From the IMG/VR virus record IMGVR_UViG_3300044878_000031, positions 32,001 through 96,000 of that record: a stretch of DNA of 64,000 nucleotides; one strand, 5' to 3'. Made by a program: the position numbers and the translations under genes. The notes under the pieces were generated by a model. The model searched no databases. It was not told the origin of the DNA and worked only from the letters and a program-made list of their open reading frames with translations. Of this stretch, positions 1 to 10,032 are shown one piece after another. The DNA comes from a virus. The stretch's first letter is position 1; every line of letters starts with the position of its first letter.

Positions 1-185
1 GCGTTCTCACCAAAGTACTGATCCCACTTCGCTGTTGCCGTTTCCATAAAGGCTCGGCCAGTGTCAGTCAGGTTCTGGGTAAAGACTGAGGCAGACTCAG
101 CCAAATACTGGAGAGTTGCTTGTGAACGTGGTGCGTACGCCAGCTCATTAAACGCCAGCGCACCTCCTTCAATGTATCGTGCCAT
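1..185 (-). CDS. Conserved phiKZ-like hypothetical protein, N-terminal part (runs off the window)
   Basis: ATG at 185 preceded by GAGGAG RBS; open frame MARYIEGGALAFNELAYAPRSQATLQYLAE... to the window edge; not in the ORF track because it is truncated. Confidence 0.75.
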   Translation of the reverse strand, partial: MARYIEGGALAFNELAYAPRSQATLQYLAESASVFTQNLTDTGRAFMETATAKWDQYFGEN

Positions 186-225
186 GATAGCTCCTCTTTA
201 CATACCTTAAGCAAGGCCTGTAAGT

Positions 226-492
226 TTAAACCAAAGAGAAGCCACGCTCTTCCAGCCATTCTGGTTGGGAGTTGGTTGCCACAATGATCATTGCATCATT
301 ACGACCGTCGATCAGGTACAAATCGTACTGACCGTCAGTTTGCTTCAGCTCGAAGGTCACCTCATGCGCCGCGAGTTCCTTGCACATCTGTGTGAATTCT
401 TCGGGGGTTTGTTTGACCAGCGACAGGTACAGTGCTGGAGTTGAGTGGTGACCGTCTTGAATCAGCTTCAGGACTTTCTCAGTATTGCTCAT
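226..492 (-). CDS. Hypothetical protein (88 aa)
   Basis: ORF with AAGGA RBS, co-oriented with neighbours. Confidence 0.75.
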   Translation of the reverse strand: MSNTEKVLKLIQDGHHSTPALYLSLVKQTPEEFTQMCKELAAHEVTFELKQTDGQYDLYLIDGRNDAMIIVATNSQPEWLEERGFSLV

Positions 493-540
493 GATTTTTC
501 CTTTTCCGTAAAAGGTCGAGGGGCCGAAACCCCTCGGAGG

Positions 541-1962
541 TTATCTGCCGTGATGAATGAAGTTCGCGATCGTAGCAATGATCGTAGACGAAAGACTCAC
601 GTGACCAGAGATTGCTCGAGGTGCACGCAGGTCCAGTACACCGTTGCGTGGAGCCAACGGGTCTAACTTCTCCAGCGTCTTCTGATCCAAGATCACAATG
701 CCGTTGAGGGCGTCACCGTCAAAGTCAGCGTTCATCCCCGAGAGAATGTTCACAGACGGACTGATGGTGTTGATACGAGGATCTTTCTTGATGCGACGAA
801 TGTACAACCGTTGCGCCGACAGACGGGTCAGCGTTGGGTTACGTTGGAAGATGACCGGAATACCTTTACGAGGGGATTCGTTAATCAACTCCTGGAACAA
901 TTCATCCAACAGTGGATGGTAACGCAGGGTGTTCTCGTACAGGAACTTGTTAGCTTCGTTCGGAGTGAACCCACGTTTCAGCAGCTTCGCCGTCAGGTGG
1001 ACTTTGAAAGTCATCACCGACAGTGACCACGGCGCTTCCAGATCTTCATAGTGGTGAGGATCAGAGAGCGACGAGATTACGCCACGGAACGAGAAGTTGA
1101 CTCGAGAGCCGAAGATGTGTTTCCGATACCAACCAGGCTTCCCGCCCAGTTGCGTAGTAATGAAGGGAGCGTAATACGCCACCAACATGTTGAGAGCCTT
1201 GATCGTACGCAGTTCGACTTCCCGTTGCCGTAGGGGCGTAGGGGAATTCTCGATTGCGCTGAAGGTACGCATGGCACTTACCGCAGGAGTCATGCCAGTG
1301 TCAGCATAAGTGCCGGTGGCTGTGTTCTCCGTGATAAACGTTACCCGGCTTGGACAGGGTAGGTACTTCGAAAAGATCTGTTTCCGGTACATCTGGATAA
1401 ACAGCAGGGTGTCATCCATTTGCTGCTGGTTCTTGTTGTTCGGAAGTACTTCCCGCAAGAACAGATTCATCAGGCTATCAAAGTTGCGGTAGAACGCGTT
1501 GATCCCTCGACCAATGCCCAGCCCTTTCAGGTACTGGATAATGTTCGCTGAATCATTGTTGGGGGGAATGTAGCTTGGATTTGTAATCCAGTCCAACAAG
1601 TTCGTTCCTTTATATACGAAGACCGGCTTAAGCACATGGAATGCCCAAGGGTTAATCAACGTATCCACGCCTTTCGGTGTGGTAATCCACAGTAACGATT
1701 CCAAGGGCCGTTCGGTAACAGACATACAGGTAAACCCGCAGTTGTCACACACAACTCCAACGTTGTGCTCGAACTTGACCTTCTTACACTCACATGACGG
1801 CACGACGTCTAAGGTGTCACCCTCATAACGCGTCATGATCATTTGGTTCAGTCGTTCCCTGTCTGCCTCGGTGGTAACGTCGAAGTCGTTGATGATGACT
1901 GGAGTTGAAGTGAGGCTATGGAACAACTCATCATGACTAACGATTTCCGCTTCTACACCCAT
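541..1962 (-). CDS. Non-virion RNA polymerase beta'-like subunit (phiKZ gp55-like)
   Basis: N-terminal Zn-binding CxC...CxxC, RNPTL motif and catalytic NADFDGD; directly downstream of chimallin as in phiKZ-like phages. Confidence 0.92.
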   Translation of the reverse strand: MGVEAEIVSHDELFHSLTSTPVIINDFDVTTEADRERLNQMIMTRYEGDTLDVVPSCECKKVKFEHNVGVVCDNCGFTCMSVTERPLESLLWITTPKGVDTLINPWAFHVLKPVFVYKGTNLLDWITNPSYIPPNNDSANIIQYLKGLGIGRGINAFYRNFDSLMNLFLREVLPNNKNQQQMDDTLLFIQMYRKQIFSKYLPCPSRVTFITENTATGTYADTGMTPAVSAMRTFSAIENSPTPLRQREVELRTIKALNMLVAYYAPFITTQLGGKPGWYRKHIFGSRVNFSFRGVISSLSDPHHYEDLEAPWSLSVMTFKVHLTAKLLKRGFTPNEANKFLYENTLRYHPLLDELFQELINESPRKGIPVIFQRNPTLTRLSAQRLYIRRIKKDPRINTISPSVNILSGMNADFDGDALNGIVILDQKTLEKLDPLAPRNGVLDLRAPRAISGHVSLSSTIIATIANFIHHGR

Positions 1963-1993
1963 GGGACTCTCCTGAATTAACGGACATAAAAAG

Positions 1994-2017
1994 AAAAGGG
2001 GCCCGAAGGCCCCTTTC
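1994..2017 (-). terminator. Intrinsic terminator after chimallin
   Basis: AAAGGGGCC-TTCG-GGCCCCTTT hairpin followed by a U-tract and TTTATGTCCG on the minus strand. Confidence 0.85.
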
Positions 2018-2035
2018 CGTTCTTTTCAACCAGCG

Positions 2036-4045
2036 TTACTGGCGACGACCCCAGGTCCCGGTGAACGGGCTGGCGAAGAGACGCGAGTTCTGCTGCTGTT
2101 GAGAGCCGTAGTTGAAGAAGTTACCGATGTTGCTACCGGCAACCAGGTGATCCAGAGCGTAGCCACCACGTTGGATGGTAGCAGCGCCGTCATCCAGACC
2201 TTTGGCAGGGCGGATAGCCAGGCCAGACTTCTCGATGGCTTGCGACAGGGCTTCCAGGAAATCGTTGTTGAAGGATACGCGACGTGCGAAGCCTTTCACG
2301 TGGATCTCGCTGGCAACCAGTTGTTGCAGGATCGCCTTGCGCTGAGCCAGACGGATTTCCAGAGGAACCTGTGTGTTGCGGTGGGTGTCTTCCCACGCTT
2401 CAACCAGTTTCGGATTGGTCTTGCCAGCCAGGTTGAGAATCGCAACGTAGTCCAGCTCACGCAGGTCACGACGATTGCCTTCGCGATCGTAGTAGTAGCC
2501 GAGGTGGATGCGGTCTTGATCGTCGTAGCAGACTGGGTTGGCCGGGTTGAACAGAGTCTGGAAGTGACCCATGGTCAGGTTGTTGGCCGCTTGCAGGATA
2601 GCCAGGTTGGCATCGACGTCGCCGTTGGCGGCAGCGATGTAGGTCTGGTGAATCCAGGACAGCTCGCCAGCTTCTTCGATGTCGAGGCTGTAGATCAAGC
2701 GAGGAGCGATCAGCATGTTGATCAGTTGGCGCATGGCGTTGTTGTCGAACTCGGTTGCGCGAGTGTCGAGGCGATCTGGCTTGGCTTGTGGATCGCCAGT
2801 CAGGTTCACTTCGTAACCCAGTGCGCCCAGGTCTTTCAGATCAACGTCGGTGCCTTTACCTTTGGCAGCGTAGTAGGTACCGGCCCACTGCATGTTGCGG
2901 TTCAGACCCAGGCCAGTAGCCAGAGCCAACAGTTGCAGTTCCATGGACACGGCGTCGGTCAGGGTATCGATCGACGTCATCACGAAACGTGGCTGGTACA
3001 TCTGAGTAGCCATCGGCTGCTGCTGGAACATGCCCATTTGCAGTTGGTTCTGCTGGAAGCCAGCTTGCTGAGCAGGCTGGTACATCAGATCCACGTAGCC
3101 GGTGAGGCGAGTCAGCGGACGGGACTGTTGCAGGCCGAACTGAGGATCGGTCTGGGTTTGAGCCGACATGGTTACCGCGATGTCCGCACGGACAGGCAGG
3201 CCAACGATGTTTTCGTCGTGCTGACGGGAGAAGTCAACGCGAGCGATCATCTGGTCGTTTGCACCAACTTCGCCGAGGCTGAAGGGTTCTTCGGTACCGC
3301 CCAGCTTGTTGTCCATGATGGCGTAGCAAGCTTGGGTGCTGTTGTGCAGCAGGCGGTTGAAGTGCGCTTCGGTAGTGGTTTCGCATTCAGCAGCGATCAC
3401 TACGCAACCGGCGTCGTGTACCAGAGCGTTCACGCCGAAGCTGTCGATGACGAACTTCTCGAGAACTTGCCAGTAGCTCTTGTTCAGGTAGATGTCGGAA
3501 CCAACGATGTCGACTTCCACTTGGCCGGTGCCAGGGATGTTCACGCTGTTCGGTTCCAGAGGAGCGCCCGAGGATTCAACCATCAGCGAGTAGACCGCGA
3601 TGTGGTTGGTGCCTTGGAACTCTTCTTTGTAGCAGACCAGGATCGAGCTGTAGGTCACCGGGTTCTGGTTGTTGTCCAGTACCAGGATGTTGAAGTCTTT
3701 CTTCTGCTGGTCGGACATGATGCGAGCAGCACGATCTTTCAGACCTTGGGAGATCAGTTGAACATCTTCGCCGGTCAGGTTACGCGGCACCGGACGGCGG
3801 TGGTTGGCGTTGATGTCGAGGACGGAACGGCCACGACTGCCGACGCGGGAGTTTTGCTGGTTCTGGTTCATGTTTACGCCTGCATTGAAAGGTTGTTGCG
3901 ATTGAGCTTGAGGTTGGGGTGCAGCTTGAGCCTGAGGTTGGACAGGGTCAGGCTGAGCGCCAGTATTCATTCCCGCCTGACGCATGGCATCGGCCATTGC
4001 AGAGTTAGGAGGGGTTTGGCCTTCGCCTTGACGTTTGACGGACAT
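2036..4045 (-). CDS. chmA: Chimallin, major phage nuclear shell protein (phiKZ gp54 / 201phi2-1 gp105-like)
   Basis: ~670 aa, strong codon bias, own early promoter and terminator, immediately upstream of the nvRNAP beta' subunit; disordered Q/P-rich N-terminus; start moved to ATG 4045 (AAGGA RBS). Confidence 0.85.
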   Translation of the reverse strand: MSVKRQGEGQTPPNSAMADAMRQAGMNTGAQPDPVQPQAQAAPQPQAQSQQPFNAGVNMNQNQQNSRVGSRGRSVLDINANHRRPVPRNLTGEDVQLISQGLKDRAARIMSDQQKKDFNILVLDNNQNPVTYSSILVCYKEEFQGTNHIAVYSLMVESSGAPLEPNSVNIPGTGQVEVDIVGSDIYLNKSYWQVLEKFVIDSFGVNALVHDAGCVVIAAECETTTEAHFNRLLHNSTQACYAIMDNKLGGTEEPFSLGEVGANDQMIARVDFSRQHDENIVGLPVRADIAVTMSAQTQTDPQFGLQQSRPLTRLTGYVDLMYQPAQQAGFQQNQLQMGMFQQQPMATQMYQPRFVMTSIDTLTDAVSMELQLLALATGLGLNRNMQWAGTYYAAKGKGTDVDLKDLGALGYEVNLTGDPQAKPDRLDTRATEFDNNAMRQLINMLIAPRLIYSLDIEEAGELSWIHQTYIAAANGDVDANLAILQAANNLTMGHFQTLFNPANPVCYDDQDRIHLGYYYDREGNRRDLRELDYVAILNLAGKTNPKLVEAWEDTHRNTQVPLEIRLAQRKAILQQLVASEIHVKGFARRVSFNNDFLEALSQAIEKSGLAIRPAKGLDDGAATIQRGGYALDHLVAGSNIGNFFNYGSQQQQNSRLFASPFTGTWGRRQ

Positions 4046-4127
4046 CTCTCGATTCCTTTTCTGTATTTGGGTGAGCACTAACACATCATGAGCATCTGCA
4101 CTATTTTAATACAGTTCGCTTGATGTT

Positions 4128-4153
4128 CACTAGGGTAATATGTGGGTCAGATT
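4128..4153 (-). promoter_or_regulatory. Early (virion RNAP) promoter for chimallin
   Basis: Minus strand AATCTGACCCA-CATATTAC-CCTAGTG, matching the TATATTAC phiKZ early promoter core and the five other copies here. Confidence 0.7.
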
Positions 4154-4267
4154 AGTTTCAATCCACAATCACCATGCGGTTACTGAGATCATGCGCCCAT
4201 ATTTCTAAGTACCGTAGTACCCAGGTGGGAGCATTCTCCTATAACATAGTGCAAAGTATGTAAAAGA

Positions 4268-4564
4268 TTACTTAAGCCGGATGTTGCTAATCACGGAGAA
4301 CACGGAGAGCCCCTTAGCTTTAGCAGCTTTGCGAGCTTCCAGTTCAGCGGTCAGCTCCATGATCGCTTTGGAGTCGAACGGGAATTCCGTTACGGTGTGT
4401 CCACGATCATTACTGATGCCCAGTACTACATGGCGTCCTTCCTTCTTTTTCTTGGGCTTGACAGTGGCCATCTCGGGGATTACTGATTCTGGCGTCTTTC
4501 CAGTAGCACGACCAATTTCCAGACGCAGTGCAGTTTCCCAATCCAAGAGTTCTTTGTCAGACAT
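4268..4564 (-). CDS. Hypothetical protein (~98 aa)
   Basis: ORF; probable start ATG 4564 with GGAG RBS. Confidence 0.7.
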   Translation of the reverse strand: MSDKELLDWETALRLEIGRATGKTPESVIPEMATVKPKKKKEGRHVVLGISNDRGHTVTEFPFDSKAIMELTAELEARKAAKAKGLSVFSVISNIRLK

Positions 4565-4676
4565 TTTAATACTCAACTCCACAGTTGAAAAAGATTAAAT
4601 GATAGATTCGTTCTAGTCTATCACGAGGATAGTATGTGTTTCAAATTCCTTTGAATCGACTTTTAAGGGCCGCCCA

Positions 4677-5777
4677 ATGTACACCCTATTTAACGAACCG
4701 ATCTGGGGTACGAGTGGTGCTAGTGTTACTTTCCCCAAATACCTCCGGGCGACCCAAGGCCTGAGACAGAATCTGGAGAAGGTGGTTCAGTACAACCGTA
4801 CTTATCCAAGGGCTGTGGAGAGCAACCACTTTCTGGTAAAACTCCTGGCATCCCTTAACGTACCATTAAGCATGGATGTCAACATTTACCGGGACCGGGT
4901 GGAGGAGGTAGCGGAAGGCGTGAGTATGGCCTTCAACTTGACTTCTTCCTTATATAGAGGCCGAGTGTTCTCTCCGGGGATCTTCTACGGGAAAGGGTCT
5001 TCTGAGATCATCATTGCCCATGCTGAAGAATTCGACATCCGCAACATTGAGGATGAGTGGGAAGATTACCGCCCAGTGACTTTCCTGACTCACCCCAAGA
5101 CTGACCTAGGGATTGACTTGCCCTTGGGATTCCAGAACGGTAGCGAAGAAGGTTTCTCTGTCATTCTGGTAAACATTCCGATGTTGGCTTGCCAGTACCG
5201 GATGTGGCGTATCCGAGAGTACCGGGAGAACAATGAAGCACAACGCACCAAAATGCAGTTCGTGTCTTCGTATCCCCTGACCAACGCTCTGTACTCCCAA
5301 CTGGACATTGCGATCCTGAATCGTTTCCAGCGCATCTACCGGGGAGAACCTCGGGGTATGTCAATGCTGCGTAAGCCCTACACCCTGACTCGTTTGGAAC
5401 AGGAACTGGACTTTGGGTTAGACCAGTACGCGGAAGACTTGCAGAAACGCAACTACACCTTCGATCACGTCCTTAGCTATATTACAGGCGTCTCGAGTTG
5501 GACGATGCGTGATGCTATCCGTATTCCTCCGATGGCACCTACCCGGCAGGTTACTTGGGCTTTGGCCTTAGGTCGGGCTGAGCTGGTGAACTTCCTGCTC
5601 GACTGGAACATCGAGAACGACGTCAAGGCCAACAAAGGCTATTGCAACACGATCCAACTGGAGACTTCCCGGTTGCTCAATGACAGTATCATCAAGTCGA
5701 TGCTACCGATGTGGGCACAGAAACCCTGGGACGATCTCTTACGCAAGATCATCGCCAAAGCAAAAAGCGTCCGCTAG
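4677..5777 (+). CDS. Conserved Chimalliviridae core protein (phiKZ gp52-like), function unknown
   Basis: 366-aa ORF on the opposite strand between chimallin and DNA polymerase, the usual arrangement in this family. Confidence 0.7.
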   Translation: MYTLFNEPIWGTSGASVTFPKYLRATQGLRQNLEKVVQYNRTYPRAVESNHFLVKLLASLNVPLSMDVNIYRDRVEEVAEGVSMAFNLTSSLYRGRVFSPGIFYGKGSSEIIIAHAEEFDIRNIEDEWEDYRPVTFLTHPKTDLGIDLPLGFQNGSEEGFSVILVNIPMLACQYRMWRIREYRENNEAQRTKMQFVSSYPLTNALYSQLDIAILNRFQRIYRGEPRGMSMLRKPYTLTRLEQELDFGLDQYAEDLQKRNYTFDHVLSYITGVSSWTMRDAIRIPPMAPTRQVTWALALGRAELVNFLLDWNIENDVKANKGYCNTIQLETSRLLNDSIIKSMLPMWAQKPWDDLLRKIIAKAKSVR

Positions 5778-5779
5778 GG

Positions 5780-5825
5780 AAACAGGGAGGGGCTCGCGCC
5801 TCTCCCTGTTTCTCCTTATGCCGCA
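5780..5825. terminator. Bidirectional terminator between convergent genes
   Basis: GAAACAGGGAGGGG/CCTCTCCCTGTTTC inverted repeat followed by TTATGCCG. Confidence 0.75.
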
Positions 5826-8044
5826 ACAGACGCTGGAACAAAGTCCGAAACCAACTTAGTATTGTTGTCGTTAGACAAGAACACACCAAGGGATTCCAAA
5901 ATCAAATAGAACGGCCGGACAGTGGAGTACACGAGTTTACGGATGTTCATTGCAGACAGCACTTCAGTAGGCAGACCTACTTGCTCTACGACGTCCTTCG
6001 GCAACAACAGAGTAGTTGCGTTAGTCTTGTCGCGATAGGTAGTCATCAATTGCATCTTGATGTTTGGATCTTGGATACCCTCAATCCATTGGCCCAGTGC
6101 AGTTTTGTTAGGCAAGTCTAGGGAAACCTTGATTGCCGAGTACGGTGGTTTTGGAGCTTCACCGTATTTGCCGCTGAACACACGTTCCCACAACAGGTAG
6201 TGCTGGTACGGAGATTGACCTGGGTTAACGTAAGCACCTGCGTCTTTAACCGAAGCACGAGCCAAGTACAGGGATTCCCCACGCATAACCGACGCGACAA
6301 TGCCGTGTTCGATGTCTGCGATCTTCTGCATGATCGGAGTGATCTTGATCTTCTCACCAGCCATCACGCAATCCATTACCCCACACATCGTGGCTGTAAC
6401 TTCCTTCATGATGTTCGGAGGACAGTTCGAGTCTTTGAGGTAAACCCCTTTGATCTCTTCCTCCAGCTCGGTGAACACGTTACCTTCTTTGGCTGCCTTG
6501 TAGGCGTAGTAGTGCTTAGCCATCGAGGTCAGACTGAAGACAGAGAATGCAAACTCGTTCTTCATGGCCAGTACGTTGAGTTTCTCAGGGACTACGCCCA
6601 GAGTGGTCGACAACATAGCCAGTACGTGAATGATCGACTGAGTAGCCAGATAAACCATGGTGTAATCCACGGCAAACGACTCGGGACTGAAGTCCACCTT
6701 ACCGGTGTACCACTCTACCCAGTTCTGCACGGTGAAGATCGTGGAGTCTGTGTCGGAGGTAATAGCTACCTGACGCACCGAATCCCGAATCCATGCAATA
6801 GAAGCAGGCATGTTGTCTGTAACCCAGAACGCTTTGATCAACCACTGGTAATCGTTGAGTACCGAATGGATGTTCTTGACCGTAGCGCCAATCAGGCAGT
6901 AGTTGTGGGGGTTCTGTTCCAGCAACTTACCCAGGCCTAGGCCCGACAGTTCATCGGAACACAGCAAGCTTACAAACGCTTTGAGGTCGTTGTCCATTCC
7001 CTTGATGAAGGTCTTGGCTTCTTCCAGCTCAATCGGCACTGTAGCTTTCTGGGAGAGACGCGCCATAAAGACACGCATCGGTACATCGTTGTACTTCGCC
7101 AGATGCCACATGTCGCCTACGTAAGCAAACGCAGCACGCTCATGATCGTTCAACCCTTCTACCAGAGCACGGATCTCTTCCATCTGACGACGGTTGGTCC
7201 AGTAGTGTTGAGTCGAGTACGCAATCAGTTGCATGGTCTCGTCTACGGTTGGAGCACGGAATCCGTAGAGATCCATAGCCTTAGCGATCAAGTCGTAATC
7301 CACGTGACCGATAATGCTGACGATGTTGGCCTTCACTACGTCTGGTGCCCAGTAGTGACGGTTGCCTGCAAGGAACTTCTCGTTGTTAGCGTTACCCAAC
7401 GAAGTAGCTACCCGGCAAGTAGAAGTCAGACTGGAGTGTGCAGACTTGTTGTGGAGAATCGTGGAAGCCGACGCTTGCCCACCGGACAGACTGTTGTTCG
7501 CAATCTTGTACGTGGTCTGTTCGTTTTCCTTGAGGTCTTCCAGTTCTTCCATGGTTGCCGCTTGGCGGTTCATGAAACGAGCCTGAACTGTATCACCCGA
7601 TGCTAGGAACTCAGCCGCTTTCAGCTTGAACTCCTGACCAGCCATCTTGGCTTCCAGACCTTCGTGCTTTACTTTACCCCGACCGACGATGTTACCGGTG
7701 ATGTATTCGGAGAGTAGAGACGGCAGTACGTCTGGATGTTCGTAGACTGTCATGCTTGGAGCAAACAGCCAACGTTGTTCGAGGATGTCCTTCAAGTACT
7801 GAGTGAAGGTGGTTTCGTATTGTCCCCGATCCCCATTCTTTCCACGGTTAATACAGAGGAGAGTAGGGTCAGTGATTTCGAACTTGCCGCCTGGACCAGT
7901 AACCCGGAGAACGTAAGCCTTGCAGTCCTCTACGGGTTTACCGGTACGTCTGCTCAGGAACAGAGCCATATCCCGACGATAGTTACCCAATACGTCTAAG
8001 TCGCGTTTATACGCAGACGCTGGTTTAACAAAATGGTTTTCCAT
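5816..8044 (-). CDS. Family B-like DNA polymerase, polymerase subunit (phiKZ gp50-like)
   Basis: KIANNSLSG (motif B-like), SDTDS (motif C), KHY and IKGV motifs; no obvious exonuclease domain, as expected for the split phiKZ polymerase. Confidence 0.88.
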   Translation of the reverse strand: MENHFVKPASAYKRDLDVLGNYRRDMALFLSRRTGKPVEDCKAYVLRVTGPGGKFEITDPTLLCINRGKNGDRGQYETTFTQYLKDILEQRWLFAPSMTVYEHPDVLPSLLSEYITGNIVGRGKVKHEGLEAKMAGQEFKLKAAEFLASGDTVQARFMNRQAATMEELEDLKENEQTTYKIANNSLSGGQASASTILHNKSAHSSLTSTCRVATSLGNANNEKFLAGNRHYWAPDVVKANIVSIIGHVDYDLIAKAMDLYGFRAPTVDETMQLIAYSTQHYWTNRRQMEEIRALVEGLNDHERAAFAYVGDMWHLAKYNDVPMRVFMARLSQKATVPIELEEAKTFIKGMDNDLKAFVSLLCSDELSGLGLGKLLEQNPHNYCLIGATVKNIHSVLNDYQWLIKAFWVTDNMPASIAWIRDSVRQVAITSDTDSTIFTVQNWVEWYTGKVDFSPESFAVDYTMVYLATQSIIHVLAMLSTTLGVVPEKLNVLAMKNEFAFSVFSLTSMAKHYYAYKAAKEGNVFTELEEEIKGVYLKDSNCPPNIMKEVTATMCGVMDCVMAGEKIKITPIMQKIADIEHGIVASVMRGESLYLARASVKDAGAYVNPGQSPYQHYLLWERVFSGKYGEAPKPPYSAIKVSLDLPNKTALGQWIEGIQDPNIKMQLMTTYRDKTNATTLLLPKDVVEQVGLPTEVLSAMNIRKLVYSTVRPFYLILESLGVFLSNDNNTKLVSDFVPASVAA

Positions 8045-8134
8045 TGTTGCTCCTAAAGCTGTGGCCTTTCATTCTATTGTGCACTCATAGATTTAATTAC
8101 TGTCGGCATAAAAGGGAGCCGAAGCTCCCCTCTA

Positions 8135-8737
8135 TTATTGTTCCGCGACGGTGTGCATGAGATCTACCGAGATAGTCCATTCCTTAAAGAGGTTCCCAAT
8201 GTGGGTGTTCTCTTCTTCGGTACGTTTAGCCGGTTGATTCACGATCACTTCTTTCAGCGGGAACGGGAACTGTGGCAGCTTGGTATCGGCTGACTTTACT
8301 TCCAAGTCAATCTTCAACCAAGGATGACGTTCACCAGACTGTGTGGTGTAGACGTCCACTTCCCATTTCAGGTCAGTGCCTTCGATCGGGAAGAAGTAAC
8401 GCGTCTTGTTCAGACCTTTGTCGGCGAAGAAGCGGTACTGCTCAAAGAAGTCCTTGGTGCAGACTTGTTCTACTTCTTTCTTACCGAGTTCCCCAGGGGT
8501 CTTGGTCTTGACGCACATGTGGAATGTCTTGTCGTCGATAGCCCGGACACGACACTGTGCGAAGGCGCCCTCACCACGATCGCGGTAAGATTCCCATTGC
8601 TCTTGCTTTTCTTGGCTGGCGGCTTGTTCTAGCCAATCCCAGTTCTCAACCCGAGCAAAGAAAGCGTATTCAATTTCCTGCTGGACTTCGCCGTTGGCGT
8701 CATCCTCAAGCGATATGCTTAAACGGCGAAGTTGCAT
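8135..8737 (-). CDS. CYTH-superfamily (triphosphate tunnel metalloenzyme) protein
   Basis: EIE near the N-terminus, R-V-R, K-T-R and WEVDVY motifs; SLE site at residues 9-11; start ATG 8737 with GGAG RBS. Confidence 0.8.
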   Translation of the reverse strand: MQLRRLSISLEDDANGEVQQEIEYAFFARVENWDWLEQAASQEKQEQWESYRDRGEGAFAQCRVRAIDDKTFHMCVKTKTPGELGKKEVEQVCTKDFFEQYRFFADKGLNKTRYFFPIEGTDLKWEVDVYTTQSGERHPWLKIDLEVKSADTKLPQFPFPLKEVIVNQPAKRTEEENTHIGNLFKEWTISVDLMHTVAEQ

Positions 8738-8875
8738 AAAAAACTCCAATTAGGCAAAAAAAAAAGAATAGGGGGCCGAAGCCCCTTATCCTTCCCTTCC
8801 GTAAGCTACCAACGGCCCGTGTTGGTTTCCTACGTTGACACAGCCCAATGCGTCATACATTAGACGTGTGTGTAA

Positions 8876-9289
8876 TCAGTTACTACTCGTGGTCAGTTCC
8901 ACGTGATCGTAACCAGCGGAAGCCAGTACAGCCAGAATGTCCTCGAAGTCATCCGGGGAGACTTGGGAGATCTTGGCGGTAATGGTGTTGAAGTTCAGCG
9001 AGACGATGGTCGACTCACGAATCCAAGGCAAGCCCAGGATCTCGAACTCTCCCGACGGGTGTTGAATACGAACGTACATGTACGCCGTAGGATCGTCAGG
9101 AGTGCCCACTGGTAAGGAGTTGTACACGTTGACGTGCTTCTCCTCAACAGACAGACCCAGTGCTCGGGCAGTGGTGTCATCAATGATGCCCAATACCTTT
9201 ACGTTTTTGTAGCTCGAGGGCAGCACCGCAGTCGGATACACCGAGAACGATACTGTGTCCTTGGGCTTTAGTTTCTCTTGTGTAGCCAT
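8876..9289 (-). CDS. Conserved Chimalliviridae protein (phiKZ gp49-like, predicted SH3-like fold)
   Basis: 137 aa with LPxGTPDDP...GLPWI pattern; located next to the DNA polymerase. Confidence 0.65.
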   Translation of the reverse strand: MATQEKLKPKDTVSFSVYPTAVLPSSYKNVKVLGIIDDTTARALGLSVEEKHVNVYNSLPVGTPDDPTAYMYVRIQHPSGEFEILGLPWIRESTIVSLNFNTITAKISQVSPDDFEDILAVLASAGYDHVELTTSSN

Positions 9290-9636
9290 GAAAGCTCATG
9301 CTCCTTATATTCCACGAACACTAATCCAGACGAGTTCATGATTCTGATGGATGTAACCGGACCACGAACCATGCGGCGCCAGAAGAGTTCTTCCTTGGCT
9401 TGTTCCACGGTTTCCCAGAAGTACTGGAAGGTCTCGTGGTCAAACTCAGGAATCTCGAGGGAGAAGGGATCGAGCAATCCAAGAACTACACTGGCGAGCA
9501 AATCGAATTCTGGGCATTCTTGTGATTCCTCTGGTTCATCCACTGGGGCATCAACCATAGCAACCGAAACGCACAGATCACGATATTGTCTCATGGCCTC
9601 CTCTAGGCTCTTTGAAACGAAGACAACTCGACCCAC
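9268..9636 (-). CDS. Hypothetical protein
   Basis: ORF with AAGGAAGG RBS in a tightly packed operon. Confidence 0.75.
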   Translation of the reverse strand: MGRVVFVSKSLEEAMRQYRDLCVSVAMVDAPVDEPEESQECPEFDLLASVVLGLLDPFSLEIPEFDHETFQYFWETVEQAKEELFWRRMVRGPVTSIRIMNSSGLVFVEYKEHELSWLHKRN

Positions 9637-9648
9637 GATAACCCTTCC

Positions 9649-9999
9649 TTATACGCGCTCCACAAGGATCGTGTGGCTCACGATGGTTTGCAAACGGTAA
9701 TGTAACATGTTCGCACTGTCATATAGTTTCATCTGGTAGAAGCAAGTCCGCAGGGATTCTGCTAACTCCCGGATTGCTCGTGCCAAGATTACACCGTCTT
9801 CACTCAGTCCGCCGTTGTTCCGGCTGAACATGGCTTCTGCACAGTACGTTGCAATGTCGCTCATGTTATTACCGTCACGAAGATGATTAATTACATCAGC
9901 AACGATTTTGTTCAAGTCGTAATCGGCAACTGTCATCATGGCTGCTGTCGATCGGAACTGCCTTAACATGGCAGCACTGTTTAATGCGTAGTTAGTCAT
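9649..9999 (-). CDS. Hypothetical protein
   Basis: ORF in a tightly packed operon. Confidence 0.8.
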   Translation of the reverse strand: MTNYALNSAAMLRQFRSTAAMMTVADYDLNKIVADVINHLRDGNNMSDIATYCAEAMFSRNNGGLSEDGVILARAIRELAESLRTCFYQMKLYDSANMLHYRLQTIVSHTILVERV

Positions 10000-10032
10000 A
10001 GCCTTTCCATCCTAGGTGGGGCTCTGGCCCCG

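Noticed and set aside
2099-4081. 660-aa + strand ORF antisense to chimallin (similar cases: 35866-37845, 28660-30183, 30530-32161, 45149-46678, 19642-20490)
   Set aside because: These mirror highly biased genes codon for codon; avoidance of TTA/CTA/TCA codons removes antisense stops. They have no RBS or recognisable motifs.
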